NCBI RefSeq assembly: GCF_037042905.1
Contig: NC_087251.1
Span: 46,936,001-47,000,000, forward strand
Direction of reading: 5' to 3'
Length of the DNA: 64,000 nucleotides
DNA from: Lytechinus pictus
Taxonomy: Eukaryota
Below, piece by piece: positions 12,856-23,870 of the stretch. The notes beneath the pieces are model-generated. The model had not been told where the DNA came from. It ran no database searches and worked only from the letters and a program-made list of their open reading frames with translations. Position 1 is the stretch's first letter. Each line of letters starts with the position of its first letter. The translations under genes and the position numbers were made by a program.

Positions 12856-15800
12856 GTAAGGACAAGATTACAGTTCATCAAATTTTGCAGTTATTATTAT
12901 TTGCATAATTTTGAGGAAAAATCCACCCATGAAGGTGTAATCAGATTGCCCAATAAAAATAAACTTTCATGTAAAATCATTACAATCATTATTTCACATC
13001 ATCCATATGTCTTTGTTGGACAGACACCTTCATGTAAACTGGAATACTGAACATAACACTGGAAATGTCAGACTTAAAAGATGGTCTTTAAATGCTGGAA
13101 TGGGATGTTATCAAGAGCTACATGTTCATGCATACACATGTTTCTGTACATGCATTAATTATGCACTTACAGCCAGTGGAAAGTTTTAGACACACTCTGA
13201 GTATTTCAGGATGTACAGCAGTATTGCATAGTCATTTTGTCATCCTGCCCAGCGTGGCAGTCAATTTACAATTACGCATTCCCTGACCTAATCACTGAAT
13301 CCCTTTGGAAGGAAGTGTCAATTATTGCTGACGATCATTTGAAAGGATGGTATTCATTTGGCTACTTTAGTTTCAGTACATGTACTAGTGACGACAATTT
13401 TCCATTCTTTTGACAATAGTTGCCAGTGTATGGGTATTTGATAATCTTTACTCCAGTCATTTGTACTGTATGATGGATTTTTTTTTTTAGATTGAGGTTT
13501 TTTTTTAAAGAAAGTAGAATAAGAAAAAAAAAGAACTGATATCAGTGCTTGGGCATGTATTTTTTGTTTGTTTAGATCTTGGTTGCTCACTTTCATGCTT
13601 TGTATTGTCCCAGTCCTCTCATCAGGAACTTGGATCTGACAGAAGGTTCAGTTTTGGGTGATGTGGGAGTCGATGTCTTCCGAAAAGTAATTAAAGTAGA
13701 AAAATAGTTGATTTAGATTTATATAGTACAAGTTTAGGAACTCCAAGACTCTAGTGAATGATGTCAGCCGACCACTCTGGGATTATCTTCTCCCTTGCCA
13801 ATTTCCACTTCCTAAATTTGAGGCCAGACTGAGGCATATCATCCCCTCATTGCCAGAGCATTTCCTGCACTTTTACAAACCATCCTGTAGATCTTGTCAT
13901 GTTGCTGCTGCAGACCTCACTTTTTTTCCCTGCCAATTTGGCTGACTGACTGTACTAGTGTGGTGCATACATGTACATGCCATAGCTGAGCTCTCTCTTC
14001 TCCCTTTCTCTAATGGGGTGCAGGAGTTGACTCAATTCTCAAGAGAGGAATTATTTAATCAACAAGAGTTTGCACTCAAGGCCTTATACATGCACAGGTT
14101 TAACTGTGTATGTTGAATTTACATCGAACACTTGTGGTTATTCTGGAGAAGTTCAAAAGAATTACAATTATTTTTTTTTTAAATAAAAAGTCTGATATGT
14201 CATGCTTTCAATATTTGATGATCATGAATGATATGGCATAAATATTTTATTCAGTTTTATTCAGAGTTTTAAAACCAGTAACAGATTACAGGTACACAGT
14301 GTAATACCAAAATATCAATTCTTATTCCTGGTAGTTGTTTTTATTCCTCCCCCTCAAATAAACTACATGTACATTGCACTCTGTGGGAGTTCTGTCATCC
14401 AACTGCTTGTGGCTGACGTTAGCCTAGTTGATGCATACTTTTTTTTTTCTTGTGTTGTTCTCGGGGGCTTTTTTTGTAGTCTACAGTACATGTGCATATT
14501 TCATTATAGTATAATAAGTAATAACCACCTCTACATAGTACATACCCTACTTCATATAGGCCTACACATACACTGCTCGCTTTTTATACATATGTCTGGG
14601 TGTGCAGTCTACCACAGTAGAAGTTTTGTACCCTCTTCATGTAACAAAGAACAGGAAGCACTGTGGGTTGAACTGTTAAGCTGGCCTTTTGTAATGAATT
14701 CAATACAGGGCTACTGGCATTCTTAAAAGAAATTGGTTTGCCAAATCACTCCAGAGGAAATTCACACAAAACCTGCCTTGGCTGAAAGCACTTGTGGTAC
14801 CCACATTGTGCGCTGTCTTTTGTAAATTATTGAAGCCATCATCGAGGGTGATTCGCTCCAGTTGTTTTTAGATTGTATGGGATTTTGAGGTAGTATTCAG
14901 GGTGTGTAGTGCTTCCATATGTTAATCACTTTAGCTTTTCGTGACAGATATCAAGAGGAAGCCTTCTGTTATAAACAGGAAAGCATGACTGGTTAAGAGC
15001 TATTTAAGCATTAATAAACGGAGAGGGGGGGGGGAAGAAAGAGGAGGAAGAGAACAGACCAGGGAAGAACTGAAATGGCTAGTAATGATTAGAAGAGCTT
15101 TGGGTGGAGAATGATATGACTTGGTAGAAAGGGAGAGTACTGGAACGAAAAGAGGAACATCATGGATTACATACAGGCCTAAATGTATAAGAACATGTAA
15201 TTAAAAAAAGGTTAGGGCCTACATGTATTCCTCTACAAACATATATAGGCCTACTGGTATTCCTCTACATGTAGGGATATTTGTACCTCTTCCAGGAAAA
15301 AGTTTAAAAATTAAAGATGCATAGATACACATGTACATGTACATGTTGCCAGCTTTCTTGGGAAGTAATTTGCTGACACCCAATCTTGGATTACATGTAT
15401 GCTCTTCACTTCAGTACACCTCAGCATTGGGCACTGTATGAGGGAAAGGGGGGGGGGGGGGGGCTACTATATGAGCGAATGTTTCTGTGAGTTTGTCATA
15501 AAACCTACCTAGATTATTACTTCAGCTTTTCAGGTGCCTACAATTTTTTTATAAAGTTGATATATATAAAAAAGAATTCTGAAAAGGGTGTTTTGCATTG
15601 GCATTTTTCATGTGGCTTATTCCTGCATTTTCATACAAACATGTAAATATAGACTACATGGAGGCCCTATCATGAATGAAGGCCTGACATTGGCCTACAA
15701 GCCCTACATGTACATCTACAGAGCTTTAAGGATTCCGTGTGATAAGGTTTTCACAAAGTCATTAATTACCTTTAATAAATAGGGCCCTTACATGGGTCCC

Positions 15801-16883
15801 TACATAGGGTCCTTACCGTGCTCAGAGAGCATTGAGCATGCATAGAGTCATGATCTTTGTTTTGAATGAGAGCAAGAAAAACTTTGTGCAGACATCTGAT
15901 GAAACATTAAGTGTCTCAAACAAGAGACAGTTTGTATACCATGTCACTAGCTGCATGTGTGATGTGGAAGGACATTCCTTTCACATTTGTGAACCTAGTA
16001 GAAGGTCGTACATGTAGGCTGACAGACAAGCAGTTTACTTGTTCTTGAGTGGTATGTTTTAGGAATTGACCTGCTTTCTACATGCAGTCCATTTGCTCCA
16101 TAAAGCTTCCAGAAGGAATATTATCTTGAGCTTCGAAGGAGTTTGTACAGTGCTTTAAAGCGGGCATTTGTATTAACCACATGCATACAGTACAGGCACT
16201 CGCTGTGCATGTGTACCACGGACATACCCGCACACATTGTAGATGTGGCGTGGTCACTGGGCACACACAAGCAACACACACAGGTGAATACTGAACAGGA
16301 TTGGTAAGCTCCTCAAACGCTCAGTGCATGCCTGCTGTGTAATGCCTGTACATGTAGTACAGTGGGTCTACTTTTTTGGAAACACCTTTAATTTTTCTTC
16401 ATGAAATCTGGATATCGATGTGCCTCCATGTAACTTTCGATAATTGTATTAAAAGGATGCTTCAAACATTTAAGGCATATCGGTTTATTAAAAATAAATA
16501 GGCATATATAAGTTTTAATGGCGAGCGTCCTGAGGGAGGATGATGATGTAGGTTCTTATTCATACAGCATAGGAAATAGCCAAGGGAGCGTTGCCCCTAT
16601 TTTAGCCCCCTAAGAAATATCCACTTAAGTTCATTCTCTGGGGCATTTTTTTTTCTAATCGCCCCAAATCTACTATAATTGCACAAATACATGTAGGCCT
16701 ACATGTAGTAGGCTACTGTACAATTAAAAACATAATGATTCCTATCTTCTCAATCCCTTCCAAAAATACAGTGTACCATACAAAATCAACAATTACTATT
16801 AATATTTGCAGACATACAACATGTACATGTAGCCTAAATACACCCTGATGTCAAACAAACCATGTTGATGCTGACAGTCTAGT

Positions 16884-17344
16884 CCGGGGTGGGGGGGGGG
16901 GGCACTCAAATTATTTTTTGATGGGCGGTGTGCTTCACGAAACCCTGAAATGGGGGTCTAGGAAACTGACTACAAGGGTAAGATACAGGGTCTTGAGATC
17001 TAAATATATACTGGGTGGTGTGAAAAACAGGGTCTACAGAAGGGGTATCGCGGTATTAGTACGGTGCACGCTAGCGCTGTTTTATATATGGGCACTCGCG
17101 GTGCATGGAGCTGAGGGTGTTGTGAAGCCGTGCGTACGGCTCTTGCATGCGGTGCTCACGCTGGACAATTTTGGCAGGGCAAGGGAACTGAGATGTTTCG
17201 TAACGGGTCTTGCGGGCGGGGAGGGGTGGCTTCTGAACGGAAATTTTGTCATTCGGAGTATCTAGAGAACTAAATTAGGTCTGAAAAAGGGGGTCATCAA
17301 AGCAGCACGTGCCCGTTCCACCGATATATTTATGAGTGCCCCCC
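16884..17344. mobile_element. GC-rich non-autonomous element with (G)n-CACTC / GAGTG-(C)n ends
   Basis: Termini resemble those of 45762-46293. The right end is truncated and no TSD is seen. Confidence 0.55.
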
Positions 17345-20300
17345 TACATGTACCTACATGTATAGTATAGGAAGTGTTGTCACAATAAATGCCAACGAAA
17401 CCAGCCAAGAAAACTTGAGAAGAGAGCATTACAGGATGCACTGGGCCAACTTGGGTCATAGGTCAAATACAAAGATTGTCAAAGGCTTCCAGATCACTGC
17501 TGGGGTCAGGATTGTTATGCCAGAGAGCACAGCGATCAGTCTTTATAGTTTATGGATGTAGCCTACAATGTAGAGTCAGGGGAAAAGGGGGAAAATCTCG
17601 CGGATTTCCACCTAAAATGCAATTGAGAGTCAGATATGGTAAAAGTATTTCTTTTGATCAGTACTTCAATTAAATGTAGGCCTACTTTTTTATTCTTTGT
17701 TAATCCTCATTTTTTTAGTATTCTCATAGTGTAAAATTATCATTTTCCCCACTTAAGTTTGGAAGATATGATGGTGACAGGTACATGTACACAGTACTTT
17801 GTACATAAAAGGTCTTATAGTTATATATTGTGTAGGTTTACAATGTATAGGCCTGTACTTATTTTTTTGCTTTTGAAAAGAAACTTTGGAATAAAGATGA
17901 ATACAACTTTTATTCAAGTTGATATTCTAACTTTAAAGTTATAAAACTGTTGAAAGAGTGATAGAAACTCAGTCCTTATATACAATGTAAATTGTTTCCC
18001 TGGCTAAGCTGCACACCTGGCCATGCATGAATCTTGGATGAAATCTATAAATATCCTTCCACTTTAATTGTCCCATACCCAATCCCACCCCATTGTGCTC
18101 CACTAGATCGCTCCAAGCTCTGAATGTTGTATAAACCTTGCATTGAGAATCAAAAGGGGCGGGTTGCGCTGTGCCACTGTGTTTCAATAGTGGTATAATG
18201 GGCCTCTCACCCAGAATTGTGCTTTCTGCTCCGCTTTATATGTCTGTCTGAAAGTAAACTCTGTTAAAGTTCCATTATGTGAAATGGTGTGGACTGTCAT
18301 AATGTCATTTCAACATTCCAATCTTTAAACATGTTTATTTGTTTCATCCTGTCCTGTGTCCATTGCCTTTATTTGTCCATTTCTTCTGTGTTCTGCTCTT
18401 ACATGAAATAGGCCTCTGGTACACAAAATGCTGTGTTGCAGTGTGGATATTCTTCTGCTTTATAAAGTAATTTTGGGGATGCTTTATTCCTGAAGCCCTG
18501 CACTTAATGACTTTCAAGACGTAGAAATGCTGTATTAGAATTTTCGGAATGTGAAAATATTCAACAAGCTCAAGAGAATATGATGTAATCTCGATGTAGT
18601 TTTGTCTCATTCTGTCACAAGAGAAAACTCCTGTCACTCAGTAGAAAGAGGTACTTTGTAATTACTGTCAAGTATTATCAAGCTAAATCAAATCTAACAA
18701 CAGTACATAATCATGAAGAAAAAACACATAAAATTGTTTCTCTTTCTTGGACCAAATCTTTATTAACTCCTTGTATTTCAAGGATTTTTTAAAATTGAAT
18801 TCCCTTTCTTTTGATGTCTTTTATTTTCTGAGAGTGTACAGAGTAAATACATGCAATTATTTTTTTTCTTCAAAAATTGTTATTATTTTGTGAATGTTAC
18901 ATGTACAGTTTTTTATTGGAAAAAACATTGAAATTTTAGCCTATGATACTTGAAAACATCGTCATTCTATTATTTTGTCCTTGTATATTTGTCACTCAAT
19001 TCTAATTTGATTTTTTTTTAAATGTTACTCAAGATACATGTAAACTTTACTAAAGATGAAAAAAGACAAATTCAGTCAAATGTTTTCAAAATATGATGTC
19101 CACGGCAACTACTATAAATTCTTTGAATTTCCATTTAAAATTTTCTTATCTGATGAGAATACCCAAATATCTGTTTTGAATTAACAATAACATTTGTATT
19201 TTTTTCCCTTCATATTTTTGTTGATCTTGACTTGGATGATTTTATGCTTGTAACATTCCCTTCAAATTTCTATTCAGACAAACCCATGCTGAATGTGCTT
19301 TCAGTAGCAAGCATGCGGTGATAGTTGGTTAATTCAAGGCTTAAAATAATATGTTTGCAAGATGATGAGAGGATTTTGGGGCTGGCAAGCAAGGGCAGGC
19401 CGTAATGGTAATTGTGTTAATCTACTTGTAAGTCAATCAAAGCAGGGGGCTGCTTCTGTCGCAATGCAAGTTGACTGGGGGGGAAGTAAGTCGGAGATCA
19501 CTGGCTTTTAGCCAAGGCTCACAAATTAGATGCCCAAATTGATTTTGGATATATTCCTCTGCTTCCCAATCAAACCTTGGGCAGGACCTTCCTGCCGCAT
19601 GGCAAATTTGCTCGGAGATCCAGAGACGTGTATGCTGCTTGTTGGGGAAAAAAAAAACGCTCTCGCATACATGAATATTATTGCCCTCATTTTGGAAATT
19701 ACATGTGCATTTAGGCATTTGAAATTTATTATGTTAAGGAGCACTGTGTATGTATCTGTAATGCATTGATATGCATTACATGCAGTGATACACCTACATG
19801 TACATGTATACACGCACTTTAGTTTCTACAATTACAGGTATTCATTGAAAATAATATACCATGTCATGTAGCAACAAAACAAAACTACAAAAATTCAAGA
19901 TAATAATTATTATTATTACTATATATACATTTATTACATCTTAATACATGTATGTTTTATCATCTCCCATCATGTATATTCAGTGTAAATCAATTTCATT
20001 TGCTCAGCTGTTATAACAAGATATACATGTATGTAAGATAGTATGAAAATGTTTGAAATGTGTATATTTACATGATACATGCAGACTAACATGTACTTTT
20101 AATGCCCCATACATGTACTTTATATCAATATGATTCATATACAGTCCATCTGTACATATCTGAAAAATACTACATTAAAAAAATGTATCCCTGTATGGGC
20201 AGTTGTTTTACATTACACAAGGCAAAATCAGATGATTAATATTTACTATGAAATACATTATGTCTTTGCATTATCTCAATAAATTAAAGATAATGAATCT

Positions 20301-22533
20301 TGATCGAAATCATGTGGTATGTATGAAGTATGTCTGCCACAATAAAATGCACTAAAGCCACTCTGATAGATTTTAACGCAAAAACTTTTGACACTGTGTA
20401 TACAGAGGCATGCATGCTGTGTAATAAAGTAATGGAGTGTATAACAGGAGCTGACAACTCATCACTTTATAAAGCCATATTTTCCTTCTTGACTGAGCCT
20501 GAAAGGGAAGAGGGGGCTTGACATAGTTCTAGACTGCTGATTTTCATCTCAGTGACTGCTTATGTCAAGATTTTATATAACTAGTGCACATCTCTCTAAA
20601 GCTAAATTACATGAAGAAAAACAAGTGCTTCTTTTCCATTTTATTTTATCATTTGAATGATGAATAGGCCCTGTCCGATATTAAAATGCCCCATATTATG
20701 TTTATAAATTATTTTTGGGGTTTGATTGCAATACGATTTAGTGTATGATATGACTGTGAAACATGAATTGTGGACAACTAGTTCTTTACATGTTATTTAC
20801 ATGTAGGCCTAGATTTACATACATGTAGTTTAAATTGTGGGGAATATCCAAAATTTTAAAATATTAGTTGCAGTTCACGTGCACAATAATTTGGTATCTT
20901 TGCCATCATGAGAGTCGTTAATTATGAATATACATGTAGGTATACAATCAAGCATATTTTGCTTTTCTCAAAACCCTTTCACTTCTGTTACTGTTCTGAA
21001 TTTGTCATTGAAGAATTCGGTTTACTGGTACTGTATGCATACTGTATGGTAATTTGTACATGTAGTACCATGGAACATTTCCCTACTACATGTTGTACAT
21101 GTAGTATTGTGCACTGTAAAGGGCTGTAATGTACATTCTACATTTTATGTTCAAGTCCATGTACCTGTGTAGCTCTGCAATATGACATTGAGAGACAGAG
21201 GAGAAGATGAGATAGACTTCCAAGCCATGGAAAGAGTAAACCCTCCTCTTGTCTCTCACTCTCTTCTTCCCATGATCATCTGACAGTTCAGACATATTTG
21301 TTTAGGTCAGAATCGGAAGTTATGAATACTGTGGGGCCATTATCATGGCGGTGTTTTCTTTGCTCCCCGGAGGATATCCCATAAATCAGTTGAACTTTCA
21401 TCGTCATCATCATCATCTGAGGGATCGCTTTCTCCCTTCTCCCGGAATGCCAATATCATGGTCATGGGTGTTCTATCTGTATATATATCCGGTGATGCTC
21501 TCTGCCTGGTACATACATGTACATGTACTGTATCACAAATACACACACAGACACACACACACACAGAGTACAGATGGAGAATACATGTACAAGTAGAGCA
21601 AACCTTGACATGCTTATGACATTCATCAGTGAGTGGATTGTGGTTTATATACTCTTCTAAATGCACACACGGGAAGACAGGTGGAGTGTTTCTTGAGTGG
21701 CAAAAGGAAGTGACGTAGTTGGATACATATATGTATCCGTGTTACCTGTTTCAGTCACACTTTACAGTTGCTTGTACTGCTTCATAGAAGTCTGGTCATT
21801 TTCCAGGATTTTTTTTTTTCTAAAAGAGATTTCATAGAAATAAAGAAGTGATGTATTCCGTTTGTCTAAGCAATGTCTGTTTGTAAGACACATTGCAATT
21901 AATTCATGTTTAATATTTTAATCTGATTCCTGTATAAATGTAGGCCTATATGCCATAGATGTTTGATACATGTATATTGAAAATTAACTTAAAATCCTGC
22001 TACTCACATATCAGTTAAATAATACACTTCCTCTGGTTAGGTCCACATGTACACGTAATTTGCATTTCCCAGTATCGATAATTGTTGCCCAACAGAATGC
22101 ATATTGTACAGCAAAGAATTGTTCTAAGAAAAACCACATCTCACCACTTGACCAAGTTAGTGGAAATTCCCTTTTTGAGGTGAACCACAGGAATTGTGTA
22201 ATGATGATTAAACATTAAAACATTCCTTCTTATTATCTTTTAATTATCTATTTATTTTCTTCTTTTTGCAAAAACAAGTACCGGTAATATCAAATTTCAA
22301 TAAAAAGATACACTGTAAGTGCATATGTACTGTATTGACTGCCCTGCTTGCGTAGTGGCAGTTGTACAATAGATATTCTGTAATGTTTTAATATGTTTAA
22401 AGCAAATCATCACACATTCACATGTTAGTTTTTTTCACACAAAAAATGGAATCGCAATTCAGACGCTCATTTAATTCAAAATTCAAACCATTAATCGGTC
22501 ATTATTTATTTTCTCTTTTATTTTTGTGTACAG

Positions 22534-22592
22534 GTTCTTCCAGCGAGTCATCATATGGTCTGGATGACAGCGATGAGGATGTTCCTGTACCT
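22534..22592 (+). CDS. SPRED: SPRED exon 4, Ser/acidic linker (GSSSESSYGLDDSDEDVPVP)
   Basis: Strong pyrimidine tract plus tacag acceptor, donor CCT|gtaagt. Phase 1 to 0 exactly bridges exons 3 and 5. Confidence 0.85.
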
Positions 22593-23021
22593 GTAAGTAT
22601 TATATCTTGATTATATTGATTTCTAATTACATGCATACATGTATTTTAATATTCAAATTACATAAGGAGCCATGGTTATTAATCAAAATTATTTTATTAA
22701 ATTGAATCTGTTTTGTAGATCAAGTTACCAAAAACATTTTACTCGACAATTCCTGATTATACCGAAAACAAGAGTCAGCCCTGCCAAGAGGAGTCCCTGA
22801 AATGAATCAAATAGTCCAGGAAATGAAAATAATGGTAGCCCTTTGAATTTTTAAAAAATATTAATTTCCAGCCCCCCACCCCCAAAAAATATTATTTTTC
22901 ATTTTTTTCATGTACTAAATATATTGTCCCGTGATGTTTGTATTGTTTTTACGTTTTGTATTTTTTATTAAGTTAAAAAAAAGTAATAAATTTTCTACTT
23001 TTCTCTACATTTAATTTTCAG

Positions 23022-23870
23022 CGTGTTGTGGATCCACTGCTGTCGCGTGAATGTGTTTTCCATGATTATCAGAACACCCCAAGTACATGTGTGGCACCGA
23101 AAGATGGAGGAGGTAAACTACTCAAGGACATCCTTACACAGCCAGCCAATAAGGACTACACATGTATATCAGGATATACGTATCCTCATAACAATCAGGG
23201 ACACCTACATATGGTGCACTATGTGACACGCAAAAGGGATGATAGGAGACCGCTGCACAACATGAAATATGCACACGAAGGATCATGGGTAAAAACGGCC
23301 ACAGAGTGGCATCCGATAAGAAAGGACTTATCGCAGGATCACTTCAAAGACTCCTATGTGAAGATAGTAAAAAAGCCACAAAGTATTCATGAATACAGCT
23401 ACCCGACAATACCACCCACGCGCGAGATGGACGACCTCAAGAAGCCACCTACCTTCCCCAAAGTGGTGACCACTCAACCCCCACCATCACCGCCCAAGAA
23501 ACTCATACAGAAAATGAACAAATACACGGAGCCCTCACAGTGTCTGCACTGCAGTCAATACTTTGACCCGGAGAGCAACCGGAAAGGGGACTGTCCAGAA
23601 GCTCCTGACGAAGTCTCGTACTGTATCAATTTCTGTTCATGTCTATGTGCGGCACAGTGTATGTTATATCATTGTATGTCAAACTCAGAGGGGGATTTCC
23701 CATCTCCTTGTTCTTGCGACACCGGCGAGAGCCAGTTTTGTCGCAGATGGTTCGGGCTTGCTGCGTTATCGTTCTTCGTGCCCTGCTTATGGTGCTATCC
23801 TCCTCTCAAATGCTGCCACTGGCTTGGCACAAAGTGCGGTTGCTGCGGCGGCAGACACAAAGCAAAGTGA
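23022..23870 (+). CDS. SPRED: SPRED exon 5, linker plus C-terminal cysteine-rich Sprouty (SPR) domain
   Basis: Acceptor ttaattttcag. Contains CLHC..FDPESNRKGDCPEAPD, CMLYHCMSNSEGDF, PCSC, RWFGLAALSFFVPCLWCYPPL and ends CGCCGGRHKAK*. Spliced CDS is 1275 nt = 424 aa plus stop. Confidence 0.96.
   Translation, partial: RVVDPLLSRECVFHDYQNTPSTCVAPKDGGGKLLKDILTQPANKDYTCISGYTYPHNNQGHLHMVHYVTRKRDDRRPLHNMKYAHEGSWVKTATEWHPIRKDLSQDHFKDSYVKIVKKPQSIHEYSYPTIPPTREMDDLKKPPTFPKVVTTQPPPSPPKKLIQKMNKYTEPSQCLHCSQYFDPESNRKGDCPEAPDEVSYCINFCSCLCAAQCMLYHCMSNSEGDFPSPCSCDTGESQFCRRWFGLAALSFFVPCLWCYPPLKCCHWLGTKCGCCGGRHKAK

Noticed and set aside
21343..21666. Ser/His/Asp-run ORFs as an extra SPRED exon
   Set aside because: Nearby acceptors give in-frame stops in the phase needed after exon 3, and the runs come from a short (TCA)n repeat.
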